Assembly (NCBI RefSeq): GCF_006345805.1
Contig: NC_043016.1
Coordinates: forward strand, 992,001 to 1,056,000
Reading direction: 5' to 3'
From: Octopus sinensis
Lineage: Eukaryota
Length of the DNA: 64,000 nucleotides
This document shows, one piece after another, positions 41,190-54,185 of the stretch. Position numbers and translations under genes: made by a program. Every line of letters starts with the position of its first letter. Position 1 is the first letter of the stretch. The notes below the pieces were generated by a model that saw only the letters and a program-made list of their open reading frames with translations, did no database searches and was not told the DNA's origin.

Positions 41190-42762
41190 TTCCATGGCGA
41201 GATGGAAGGAACATTTCCAAGAAACACTTAACCGCCCTCCACCTCAAGCCTCAAGAGCCGCGGGGCCAGGGATCCCGCTCAACATCTACATTGGAGAAAT
41301 CACCAAGCCAGAAATCCGCAAAGCCGTGATGAGCTTGAAGAACGGAAAGGCAGCAGGAGTGGACAGCATACCAGCAGAAGCACTGAGATGATCGATTAGA
41401 TGCACCATGTGCTGAACTTGGTATGCACGACAGAGAAGATCCCAACCAATTGGAAGAAGTGTCTTTTGTTGAAGCTGCCGAAGAGTGGGGATTTATCACA
41501 ATGTAAAAAGTGGAGAGGAATTACCTGGCTTTCCATTCCAAGCAAAGTCCTTACAAGAATCATCCTGGAGCGATTGAAAGATACCATTGGCAAGCAATTC
41601 AGAGATGAGCCCAGCAGGTTTCAGAAAGGAGCGATCATGCACGAACAAGACTGCGACGCTCAGAGTCATCGTGGAGCAGACAATGGAATGGCAAACGTCA
41701 CTCTATGTGTGCTTCGCCGACTTTGAAAAAGTATTTGACAGCGTAGACATGCAGACAATCTGGGACATCTTACGACACTATGGTGTGCCAGAGAAGATCG
41801 TGGACAATATTCGATTACTCTACAAGGAGTTTTCTTGCCAGGTCATCCATGCTGGGAGATTGTCGGAGGAATTCAGCGTCAACACAGGAGTCAGACAGGG
41901 CTGTTTGTTGTCCCCGCTCTTGTTCCTCGTCGTGCTGGACTGGGTCACCAGGACGGCCTACGCTGCCTTCGAGAAAGGTATTCAGTGGACACCGATGAAG
42001 AAGCTGGAGGACTTGGACTACACAGATGATCTCGCGCTACTGTCACATCGCCTGCAAGACATGCAAGATAAGGTAGATCACCTGATAGAAACTTCACGGC
42101 GAATGAACTTGAGGATCAATCGGAAAAAGACAAAAGGGCTGCGTATCAACAACAAGCAGGAAGAGCCAATCACAATTGAGGGGGCACCTGTGGAGGACGT
42201 TAGTGAGTTTGTCTATCTTGGCAGCAAGATCAACAAATAAGGTGGATCAGACGAGGGCATCACGCTAAGAAGCAAGAAGGCTTGGCAAGCCTTCGCTATT
42301 CTTCGGCCGGTATGGAAGTCCACTACCATCTCAACTTGAACTAAACTCCGCTTATTTAGTTCAAACGTAAAATCTGTGCTTTTGTATGCCTCTGAAACAT
42401 GGAGAGCCACTTGCAGCAACTACAAGAAGACCCAGACCTTCATCAACAAATGTCTCCGGCAGATACTTCATCTGAAGTAGTTCGACAGAGTGCCAAACAC
42501 CAACCTGCAGGAAAGGGCCAGCCAGGAGCCCATACATGTTCAGATTAGACGAAGGAAATGGAGATGGATCGGACACACACTGCGGAAAGAACCCTCAAAT
42601 GTGACACGACAAGCACTTGACTGGAACCTGCAGGGGAAAAGGAAGCGAGGACGTCCGAAGCAAACATGGAAGCAGAGCATTTTGGACGAGCTCAGGACCT
42701 CCGGCCTGACATGGGGAACAGCCAAGAAACACGTCAATGACCGCAAAAAGGGGCAAAAGAAT
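41190..42762 (+). mobile_element. RTE-clade LINE ORF2 remnant with (TAA)n tail
   Basis: RWKEHFQE, KWRGITWLSIPSKV, FADFEKVFDSVD, GVRQGCLLSPLLF, LDYTDDLAL, FVYLGS, WRWIGHTLRK; tail at 42762-42860. Confidence 0.9.
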
Positions 42763-42782
42763 TAATAATAATAATAATAATG

Positions 42783-42831
<49 letters not shown>

Positions 42832-42854
42832 TAATAATAATAATAATAATAATA

Positions 42855-42917
<63 letters not shown>

Positions 42918-43103
42918 TATATGCATATATGGGTACAAGACATCACCAACTGTGAACAGCATGAAGTACGAAAACAGCGAGTTAAATACGCAAACAACGA
43001 GAGAAAAAAATTTGAAAACAGGACAAGTAACACAAAGAACGACTCTTCATCAGTTGTCAGATGTCTATCTACTCCTCATTTCGAGCATTAATAGTTCATT
43101 GTC

Positions 43104-43835
43104 CCTGGGGCCACTACTGTTCACAGTAGCCCTTCTGGACCTGTCCCCGATCACTCGGACAGCCATTATCACTAGCTACGCTGATGACACAAAACTCTCT
43201 CAGGCAATAATGAATCCTGATGATGCCATAAGCCTGCAGAATGACCTAAATGCAATATACAAGTGGGCAGAGCAAAATAATACGCAGTTCAATGTTAAAA
43301 AATTTGCAGTACCGCGCTACAAGGCCACAAGTCCCCGCCAACTGGAATACACAGGACCTGGAGGTACTGCAATCCCAGAACCACAAACAGTGAGAGACCT
43401 GGGCATCAGCATGTGTAGTGATGCATCATTTCACATGCACATTATCAAGCTGACAGCAAAGTGCAGACAACTGGCAGGGAGGATACTGAGGACATTTAGA
43501 AAAAAGGATCAAAAAGTCATGTTGACTCTATGCAAGACATTTGTTCTGAGCCGCCTAGACTATTGCTCTCAGTTGTGGTCACCACACAGTGTCAAGCTGA
43601 TAGCAGAACTCGAGGCAATTCAGCGTTACTATATAAAAAAAGATCGCCACAGTCCAGCAGAAGAACTACAGGGGGCGACTGGAGGTACTAAAGCCTCTAC
43701 TCCCTGGAGCGCAGGCAGGAGAGATATGTAATAATTTACATATGGAAAATGCTGGAAGAACTGGTACCAAACTTTGGCATCAAGTACTGTACGAATGCCC
43801 GCACAGGTCGCCACTGCATTGTACCGAGGGCCCCA
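43104..43835 (+). mobile_element. CR1/L2-like LINE 3' fragment, part 1 (interrupted by rDNA)
   Basis: LGPLLF, YADDTK, VRDLGI, LDYCSQLWSPH, FGIKYCTNARTGRHCIVPRAP. Confidence 0.88.
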
Positions 43836-44349
43836 CCCGGTCGAGAGGCGGTCACGACACGAAACGCCGCCGCGCGCGCGCGGCCGCCGTTGGCTGCGGC
43901 GGGGAGTCGGGAGTCGCAGGAAAGGGCGGCGCTCACCGCGAGACCCGCATTATCTCGCGCGCGAGCCGCCGCCGCTCGATCGTCCGTCTTCCGTAATGCC
44001 AGACCGTCATCGTTGCGAAGCGCTGTTGCGACGGCCGCGCCGCCCCGAATCGCGCGGCCGACGACGACAAATCGCGGAGGGAGCCCGCCGACAAGCGGAA
44101 GCAGAGGAGTAGGAGCAGTAGTAGGAACAACGACACGGCGAGGCCCCTCGTCCCGTCCGCGTCCTCTACGTCCCTCCGAGCAACCGCCGCCCTCCGACGC
44201 TGCCGCCGCCGCCGCCGTCTCGTCTTTCGGCGTTCGCTCTGTGGGAATATCTCTTTCGTGCGAGCGTTCGTGCCGATCGACAGCGGTGCCGGTAGCAGCA
44301 CGAGCAGCAGCCGTCTCTTTGCAGCGGGGACCTCTTCTTCTTTCACGCT
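43836..44349 (+). other. ITS2-like GC-rich spacer
   Basis: GC-rich sequence immediately 5' of the 28S start; no recognisable 5.8S. Confidence 0.55.
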
Positions 44350-45702
44350 GCCCTCGACTCGGACGCGATTACCCGCCGAACTTAAGCATATCGCTAAGCG
44401 GAGGAAAAGAAACCAACCGGGATTCCCTAAGTAACGGCGAGTGAACCGGGAGAAGCCCAACGCCGAATCTCGTCGGCCGCGCCGGTCGTCGAGAGCTGTG
44501 GCGCAAGGATCGTACACGGTCGATCGTTTCGCCCGGCTAGGTTCGGAGTCCCCTCGATCGGGGCTGCCCAGAGCGGGTACCAGGCCCAATCGGAGCCGTC
44601 GGCGATCGGCGGTGTTCATCGGCCCGAGAGACGGGTTGCTTGGGAACGCAGCCCAAAGCGGGTGGTAAGCTCCATCCAAGGCTAAATACGGGGACGAGTC
44701 CGATAGCCGACAAGTACCGCGAGGGAAAGTTGAAAAGAACTTTGGAGAGAGAGTTCAAGAGACCGTGAAACCGCCCAGGGGTAAACGGGTAGGACCGCTC
44801 ACCGCGATCGCGAGGGGACTCAGTCCGCTGCTTCCCGCCGAGGCGCCATCGTCGTCGACGAACGCGTCGGTGGCGGCCGCTCGTTCCGTGGGCGGTCGTC
44901 TGCCGCCTCGTCGGCGTTCGATTTCCGGGGCGCCGGAATCGGACGCACTTCCCCTCCGATCCGTCGTCGCAACCCGTTTCCCGTCGGGCCGGTAGGCGCG
45001 CGGCGTCCGCAGGTCGCAAACGAGAGCCCCATCGCTGCCGCGAAAGCGGCGGTCGGTGGGATCCACGCGCTCTTCTCGACCGGGCCCGTCGCTCCACGTA
45101 AAGCGCAGGCACGGCTAACCGACGGAGACGGGCAAACGCACCTCGCCCTCAGTACGAACGACGCAGCGAGTCGCGCGCGGCCTTTTCCGAGGTCGCGAGC
45201 GACGCGGCCGCCCGCGCGCCGCGACTGCACTGATCCCTCGCAAGAGGGCGACGCGCGTTGCGGTCGCGGGGCACCCCGCCCGAAAAGCCGCCCGCTGCTG
45301 CCGGTCAGCGACGAGCATCGGCAACCTACCCGACCCGTCTTGAAACACGGACCGAGGAGTCCCAGTCGACTGCGAGTCGTTGGATCCTTTCACTTCGTGA
45401 ACTCCGACGGCACAGCGAAAGCGAGAACGTGACACGACGTCGCCGTCTCGCTTCGGCGGGACAACGCTTCGAAGCATCGTTCCCGGGTCGGGTCCGCGCG
45501 TTCGCCGCGACGTTCGCGTCCGGCGTTCCCGCTCCGACTCAGGTGTAGCAGGCGGCCGGGGACCCGAAAGATGGCGATCCACGCCCGGTCGGGACGAAGC
45601 CAGAGGAAACTCTGGTGGAAGTCCGAAGCGCCTCTGACGTGCAAATCGATCGTCGGAACCGGGTGTAGGGGCGAAAGACCAATCGAGCCGTCTAGTAGCT
45701 GT

Positions 45703-45733
<31 letters not shown>

Positions 45734-47690
45734 CGCTAGCGGGAGAACGACACGCAATTCCGTCCGTAAAGCGACGACTGAGGCCCCGGGGACGTTGACG
45801 GCCTCGATCTACTCTCGAACTCGGAACGGGCGAAACGGGCCGCTCCTCTCCCGATCGGAGGCGGCCGCCGTTATGCGACGACGAATGCACGGTGCCAAGT
45901 GGGCCACTTTTGGTAAGCAGAACTGGTGATGTGGGATGAACCGAACGTCCGGCTAAGGCGCCCTACGCTTCGCCCATTAGATCCCCGAAAGGGTGTCGGT
46001 CGATATAGACAGCAGGACGGTGGCCACGGAAGTCGGAATCCGCTCAGGAGTGTGTAACAACTTACCTGCCGAATCGACCGACCCCGAAAATGGATGGCGC
46101 TGGAGCGAGCGACCGATGCCGGACCGGCCGGGCGACAGGTTGCGCGATCGCCGGCGAGGCGACTTTCCGGTGCCCGGTCGAGTAGGAGGGCGCCGCGGCG
46201 TGCATGGAAGCCGCGGGCGCGAGCCCCAGTGAAACCGACCGCGGGTGCAGATCTCAGTGGTAGTAGCAAATATTCGAACGAGACCTTCGAAGACTGAAGT
46301 GGAGAAGGGTTCCGTGCCAACGGCGGTCGAGCACGGGTCAGTCGGTCCTAAGAAGCGGGCGAAAGCTTCCACGAAAGGCGCCGGATCCGTCGTTATAAGA
46401 GTCGGAAGAACTTTTAGTTCAGCGTACGCGGCCGGCCTCGCATCGAAAGGGAATCGGGTTAATATTCCCGAACCCGAACTCGGAGAGTGCCCGTCCGTCG
46501 GCGGGAACGTGGCGTGCTCATCCTAGCAGCGCGTCCGTCGTCGAAGCCGGCGGCCGGGCGAAGCAGCGGCAACACAAGCGAGCCCGGAGACGTTGCCGAG
46601 AGCCCCGGGAAGAATTCTCTCTTCTTCGTAAAGGACCGCGTCCGTGGAATCGGCTCGTCCGGAGATACGGATATGGTACCTGTAGAGCGCCGCGTCTCGG
46701 GCGGCGTCCGGTGCGCTCTCGGCGGCCCTGGAAAATCCGGGTCCGTAACGAATCACAGCTCTCGAGTCGGTCCGTACCCACCATCCGCAGCAGGTCTCCA
46801 AGGTGTACAGCCTCTCGTCGATAGCGCCAATGTAGGTAAGGGAAGTCGGCAAAATGGATCCGTACCTTCGGAAGAAGGATTGGCTACGAGGACCGAGTCG
46901 GTCAGGCCGTGTGTGTCGCCTCGCTCCCGCGCGGCCGCGTCGACGTTAACTCGGCGTCGCGCCGCCGGGTGCCGAAACACGTCTTCGCGCGAAGCGGCGG
47001 ACCGGTACGGGGCTGTAGCGTTGGTGTCGGACTCGGCATCCCGGTGCCCCCCATTTTTCCGACCGTCGCTGCGTCGGCGGGCAACCCGCTTCGCGCCGGT
47101 GCGCGGTCGCGCCTTCGGTCAACGCGGGTCGGCTTCTACGCGCGCGTACTCTCCCTCCGCTGCGCTGCGTTCCGTCGCGTCCCCGCCGCCTACGGACCTC
47201 CTGGTCCGGAAAGCGCGCACATGGCGGGCGTTGCCGCGGCTGCCGGAATCGCGCGCGCGGCCTTCTCGTGCGTCGGCGCACCGCGCCTCCCGGCGCGTGC
47301 GCGGGCCGTCGTCTGGCGGTGGCTCGGGGCGTAGTGGGCGCGAACAAAATGGCTCCACACCCTGGACGCCGTGGAGCGACACGGCTTCGGGCTCGCCGTA
47401 GCGTCGGTGCGCGCGCGGCTCGGCTCCGTCAGGTCGTCTTCGCGCTCCGCGACGCGCGGCAGGCGTCGCCGGCGGAATTGCCATTCGGGGACGCGGTGGC
47501 GGCTGCGGCGTCCGCGCCGTCGTCGTCTGCTCGTCGTCCCGCCCCGACTAGTTCGAAGAGATCGAGACGAAAGGGATCGCTTGCATACGACCCGACTTGC
47601 CGTTCGGAGTGACGTGCTTAGTAGAGCAGCTACCACACTGCGATCTATCGAGTCTCTTCTCGCGAACGACACGATCCGCCCCTTCGAGGC
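44350..47690 (+). rRNA. 28S rRNA pseudogene with large internal deletion
   Basis: acccgccgaacttaagcata, gacaagtaccgcgagggaaagttgaaaagaacttt, cccgacccgtcttgaaacacgg, gaagtttccctcaggatagc, ttggtaagcagaactgg, gtaagggaagtcggcaaaatggatccg, then 3'-terminal agtagagcagctaccacactgcgatct (~47620-47650). Peptidyl-transferase and sarcin-ricin sequences were not found. Confidence 0.9.
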
Positions 47691-47878
47691 GGAAGGCGGA
47701 GGAGGTGCGAAAGATGGCAAACTAGTACAGCGCGATCGAAGGGCGGCGTTGTTACGAGCGTTACGATCGCGCTGATCGACGAAGTGTTTGCGGCGGCGGC
47801 GAACGACTCAGCGCGGTAGTCGTCGTCGTCGCCGTAACCGTCTTCGTCGTCTTAGCCGCCGAATCGAGCGCGCATGGA

Positions 47879-48190
47879 CTTCATCATTCATCATTGTTCG
47901 ACCGTGGTCGAGACAATGGAATTTACCATGTTGCGCCAGACTTCACGGTCCATCATAGCATTACGGAGGTCCTGTTGCTGGATGCCTGTATCCCTGGAGA
48001 TTACATCAGGGTAGGAGAGTGCGCGCCCTCTGGTGTTGCGAGTAGATGGCTTCCAGAGGAGAAGAGTAGAAATTACTTCTTTTTCAGCTCTACAACAATG
48101 TCCAGCAAACTGGACTCTCCTACCCTTCACAAGAGATGACACAGGTGGTAATTTCCATATATTTGCATTTTAGTTGGATGGCGCCTCCGT
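47879..48190 (-). mobile_element. RTE LINE 3' fragment inserted in rDNA 3' spacer
   Basis: SSLVKGRRVQFAGHCCRAEKEVIS...RNAMMDREVW, stop, tgaatgatgaag tail. Confidence 0.85.
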
Positions 48191-48435
48191 TGCAGGTTCG
48201 TTTAAGTGAGAAGTGGAAGAAACGGCACCTCCTGCTTACTGCGCGCGTACACAGGGTGGCTGGGTTATTATGTGGCAGTCGGACAATACGTAAATTCTTG
48301 AACCGCCGACGAGTTCTCGTTTGTCAGCATCGAGCGCGAGCCCCGGTCTCATGGCTCGGCGGAGAAAGACTGAGTAGTACGCGACGTTATCGACGAACAC
48401 CACGAGTGTGTGTTGTCGAAGCGGCGAGTTCTCGG

Positions 48436-48730
48436 CATCGTCGTCTGATTGGCGAGGCGCCGCATGAAAGTATCGGCGAGATTCCCACTGTCCCTATTTA
48501 CTGTCTAGCGAAAGCAGAGCCGAGGGCACGGGCTTGAAGTTCTCGGTCGAGAGCATGAGTACGATTTCTGCCTGCTGCCCCGAATGTCAAAGTGAAGAAG
48601 TTCCAAAGAGAGTGCGGGTAAACGGCGGGAGTAACTTTAACTTTCCCACTGTGTAAGATTCCACAGTGTAAGCGAGGAGATTCCCACTGTCCCTATCTAC
48701 TGTCTAGCGAAAGCAAAGCCGAGTGTACGG
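48436..48730 (+). pseudogene. Scrambled degenerate 28S domain IV fragments
   Basis: gagattcccactgtccct...gaaagcagagcc occurs twice (48436-48536, 48677-48730) around gatttctgcc...gaatgtcaaagtgaagaa...gcgggtaaacggcgggagtaact (48563-48642). Confidence 0.8.
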
Positions 48731-50102
48731 GGAGTAAGTCTGTGTTATCGACGAGGCACGAAGCGGCGATTTTACGTGCCGAGTTCTCGGTATCGTGCAC
48801 GAGTGCGCTAAGTTATGCGGCCGGTTGATTGCCGGGCAGTAAGTCTGAGTACGACGAAGACCACGAGTGTGTGTGTCCGTGTGTTATCGACGAGGCACGA
48901 AGCGGCGATTTTACGTGCCCGATATCGAAACAACGCACCTAAGCTCACGGTATCGCCCACGTACACGTGGACGTAGCCGCGACCGATGCCGGAAGGATGT
49001 CACGAGATACACGCGGTCGATACGGCGACGTGGTCCGTCCCGTAAAATCCCGAAAGATGACAACTGCGGCTAGCACGAGGTAGAGGCAGGCCTGCGCCGG
49101 TCGCCCGTTGCTCCGCCGCGCTAATCTAAGACCGAATCTAAGCGCGCGGCATCGCCCACGTACGCGTGGACGTAGCCGCGACCGATGTCGCGAGATGCAC
49201 GCGCTCGATACGGCGACGTGGTCCGTCCCGTAAATTCCCGAAAGATGACAAACTGCGGCCAGTGTAAGCAGGGGCTGCCTACGCCAGGCCTGCTCCCGCC
49301 TTCGCCCGCAGCCCCGCCGCGCTACCGTGCCCGAAATCGAAAGAACGAACCTAAGCTCGCGGTATGGCCCACGTACACGTGGACGTAGGCGTGATTGATG
49401 CCGTCAGTCTCCGGAAGTGTGTGGCGATACGAACCGGGTAGATAGAGCGACGTGGTCCGACCCGTAAGTCGAAAGAATCCGACCCGTAAGCTCACGGGTC
49501 GGTCCCGGCTGGATAGTCACGCTCTAGGTGACCGTCGCACCCCAAGGGGGTCAAGACAATATTGAGGGCTTGCAGTCGGCAGATGGATGTCTCCGGGATC
49601 GTTCGGCAGGATGCCCGAGACGTCAGCCTAAGACGCCGTCAGCCCGGCGGGTGGCGCCGCCTTCACGCCACCCTTCATTCTCCGTTCGTCCACGCGCCGC
49701 GGTCCCGCCCGCGGCAGGCCTGCGCCGGTTGCCCGTTCCTCCGCCAAGCTACCGTGCCCGAAATCGAAAGACCGAACCTAAGCGCGCGGTATCGCCCACG
49801 TACGCGTGGACGTAGCCGCGACCGATGTCGCGAGATGCACGCGCTCGATACGGCGACGTGGTCCGTCCCGTAAATTCCCGAAAGATGACAACTACGGCCA
49901 GTATAAGTAGGGGCTGCCTTCGCCAGCAGCTCCGCCACGCTACCGTGCCCGAAATAGAAAGAACGAACCTAAGCCGCGACCGATGCCGGAAGGCGTTCAC
50001 GAGATACACGCGGTTTATACGGCGACGTGGTCCGTCCCGTGAAATCCCGAAAGATGACAACTGCGGCTAGCACGAGGTAGCGGCAGGCCTGCGCCAGTCG
50101 CC
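48730..50102 (+). repeat. IGS-like modular subrepeats
   Basis: cgacgtggtccg(t/a)cccgtaa recurs at ~49026, 49214, 49448, 49854 and 50023, mostly followed by cccgaaagatgacaac. Confidence 0.8.
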
Positions 50103-50435
50103 TGCAAGGTATTGCAACAGCTTCAGTTTCAGAGGACCTCGGCTCTTTAATGCCATGCCAAAACAATTGAGAGACCTACATGGATGTAGAGGCCTTCAAA
50201 ACAAAACTCGACACTTTCCTATCCACGATACCAGACGAACCGATGGCTCGAAATAGGAGACAGATGAGGGCAGCGATGACAAATTCTTTTATACACTAGA
50301 TGTGCCATCGAAAGTCTTAATTAGACTACATCAGGTGGCAGAGAAGAGCCATGTAAGGAACGGGCAAAGAGCACAGCATAAGGAGGGAAAGTCATGGTGC
50401 TCCAGCAGGACCACAGCCACTTGGCTGAAATGCAT
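50103..50435 (+). mobile_element. CR1/L2-like LINE 3' fragment, part 2 with tail
   Basis: ARYCNSFSFRGPRLFNAMPKQLRDLHG...KLDTFLSTIPDEP...QMRAAMTNS, collinear with 13314-13580; tail ggtgctccagcaggaccacagc. Confidence 0.88.
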
Positions 50436-50489
50436 AATAGATAAATAAATACATATATATACAAACACACACACTCACACACGCACATG

Positions 50490-50495
50490 CATGCA

Positions 50496-50527
<32 letters not shown>

Positions 50528-50642
50528 CAGTACATACATACATACATACATTCATACATACATACATACATGCATGCATATATACTTACATATAAACATA
50601 CATAAATACATACATACATTCATACATACATACATGCATGCA

Positions 50643-50676
<34 letters not shown>

Positions 50677-51544
50677 CATACATACATACATGAATGCATA
50701 CATACATACATACATACATACATACATACATACATACGTACATACATACAGTATATACATATATACATTCATACATACATGCATACATACATACATACAT
50801 ACATACATACATACATACATACATACATCATACAAACATTGATACAGTACATACATATATACATTCATACATACATACATACATACATACATACAGTACA
50901 TACACACATACATTCATACATACATACATTCATACAAACATATATACATACATGAAGACATACATGCATGCATACATACATACATACATACATACATACA
51001 TACATACATTCATACATACATACATGCATACATTCATACATACATACATACATACATACACACATACATACATACATTCAAACATACATACATGCATACA
51101 TATATACATACATACATTCTTACATACATACATATATACATTCATACATACATACATACATCCATACATACATACATAACATACATACATACATGCATAC
51201 ATACAAATATACATACGTACATACATACATACATACATTACATACATACATACATACATACATACATTCATACATACATACATACAGTATATACATACGT
51301 ACATTCATACATACATACATAGATACATACATTCATACATATATGCATACATTCATACATACATACATGCATACATACAGTATATAAATACATATATTCA
51401 TACATACATACATCATACATAAATACATAAATACAATCATACATACATTCATACATACATATATACATACATACATACATACATAATACATACATACATA
51501 CATTCATACATACATACATACATACAGTACATACATACATACAG

Positions 51545-51575
<31 letters not shown>

Positions 51576-52850
51576 TGTACATACATACATTCATACATAC
51601 ATACATACATACATACGTGCATACATACAGTATATATATATATACATTCATACATACATACATACATACATACATACATACATACATACATACATCATAC
51701 AAACATTGATACAGTACATACATAAATACATATATTCATACATACATATATACATTCATACATACATACAGTACATTCATACATACATACATTCATACTT
51801 ACATACATACATACATACATACAGTAGATACATACATATATACATACATACATACATACATACATACATACATACATTCATACATACATGCAGTGCATAC
51901 ATACATACATACATACATACGTACATACATACATACATACATACATTCATACATACATACATACATTCATACATTCATACATACATTCATACATACATAC
52001 ATTCATACATACATACATTCATACATACATACATACATACAGTACATATATACATACATACTTACATACAGTACATACATACATACATACAGTACATACA
52101 TACATACATACATACAAACATACATACATACAGTACATACATACATACATACATACATACATACATTCATACATATAGTACATACATACATGCACACATA
52201 CATTCATACACACATACATACATACATACATATACACATACATACATACATACATACAAACATACATACATAAATACATACATGCATACATACATACATA
52301 CATATATAACATACTTACATACATAAATACATACATGCATGCATACATACATACATACATACATACATACATACATACATACATACACACATACATACAT
52401 ACATACATACATACATATCCACATACATACATACATACATACAAACATACATACATACATACATACATACAAACATACATACATACATACATACATACAT
52501 ACAAACATACATACATACATACATACACACATACATACATACATACATACATATCCACATACATACATACATACAAACATACATACTTACATACATACAA
52601 ACATACAAACATACATACATACATACATACACATACATACATACATGCATACATACATACATACTAACATACACACACACACATACATACATACTTACAT
52701 ACATACATACATACATACATACAGTAGATACATACATACATTCATACATACATACATACATACATATATACATACATACATACATACATACATACATACA
52801 TAGAGTACTTATATATATACATACATTACATACATACATACATATTTATA
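50490..52850. repeat. ~2.4 kb degenerate (TACA)n array
   Basis: Direct inspection; variant units TTCA, CAGTA and CAAA. Confidence 0.95.
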
Positions 52851-53214
52851 GAGTATATATGTGTGTATTCACGTGTCTATATGTACTTGTATGCGTTTGA
52901 TTATGTGTGATTATACACATCCATGTATCACAGACACAGACGTATACGCTACACGTAACACATTTTTTTAAAACACGAGCACATAAATACACTTAATTAA
53001 TATATCGTGGAAATATCTCTTTCTAATTATCTTATCGACTTCCAAGAGAGTATGGCTAGTGAGATATAATTATAAAGAGAACTAATTTAACGTTCTCCTT
53101 AGCTTAACGAGTTTTGCTGCTAATTCAACGAATTTTTTCCAATAACATTTATGCGTAATTTGCTCTATTTCAAACGTAGGGAGTGTGTGTAATATTCTTT
53201 ACTTTATTTTTTAC

Positions 53215-53672
53215 ATGGTGACAAGGAATTTTTTGAAGTTGTTATCTAATGTTGTTGAGAGGAAGATAAGTTGGGATGAGATGTGGAAGTGGACGACATC
53301 TCGGCTGAGTTTCCTGATTCGTTCATCTTATGAGGTTTTGCCATCACCTACGAATCTAGTAAAATGTAACGTCTTAGAGAATGACATCTGCAATTGTGGA
53401 AAGGTCGGTACACTAAAACATATTCTTTCGAACTGTTTATTAGCATTGAACAGGTATACATGGAGGCACAACTTGGTCCTTAAGGTGATCTTCAATGCTA
53501 TAAAGAACCAAATTCATCTCAACAACACTGAGGAAAACCGTTGAAAGTACCATCAAGAAATTTCATTACCTTCGAGCGACCAGGTCAGCGGATCCGTTTC
53601 AAGAAGAAGATCAAGAAACTTCCTGAGAAAAATGAAAAGTGGAACGGCAATTGGGAGGTAAATGCAGATCTA
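53215..53672 (+). mobile_element. RLE-type (HERO/NeSL-like) non-LTR retrotransposon fragment
   Basis: ERKISWDEMWKW..RLSFLIRSSYEVLPSPTNL..CNCGKVGTLKHILSNC..RYTWRHNLVL, then (shifted frame) FITFERPG..WEVNADL; stops before the PD..D endonuclease motif. Confidence 0.75.
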
Positions 53673-54085
53673 GCAAGCGGGGCCTCATATCAGTGAGGGG
53701 GGGCCGGTGTGCATTGATGCCGTCGAGAGGTAGGCCCCGAAACGGCGTGCATTCTCTCCTGATGACCCCATACACTAGCTAGCTTCCGGTATACGGAGAT
53801 TTTAACTGGTAGCACTTGCATGTGCAAGTTGTTTGCAAGACAAATAGTTATGTAATGAGGGAGAGAGAAAGAGAGAGAGAGATATTTAGACGTATACATA
53901 CATGTATGTTGTGCGTTTGTATATAGATAAACAAATTGACAAGTAGATAGATAAATAGTGTTAATACTTTCAATATAGGAAAAATAGTAGACTAATAGAA
54001 GTAACTATGTGGAAACATACAGAATGAGAAGGATTTTAGTTTTACTATATTTAATGCTTGGTGTATATATAAACATGTGTGGCAA

Positions 54086-54162
<77 letters not shown>

Positions 54163-54185
54163 ATATAATATATATATATATATAT

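Noticed and set aside
43836-44349. 5.8S rRNA upstream of the 28S
   Set aside because: No conserved 5.8S motifs (e.g. gatgaagaacgcagc) were found.
43933-47775. Many overlapping Arg/Ala/Pro-rich ORFs on both strands
   Set aside because: They arise from stop-poor GC-rich rDNA.
48730-50102. Repeat-spacer pattern resembling a CRISPR array
   Set aside because: Eukaryotic context, degenerate repeats, inter-repeat sequences are themselves homologous, and there are no cas genes.
53675-53775. Hammerhead-like pieces (ggggcct/aggcccc-GAAA, gccgtc/gaaacggc)
   Set aside because: No CUGANGA core in a topologically valid position on either strand.
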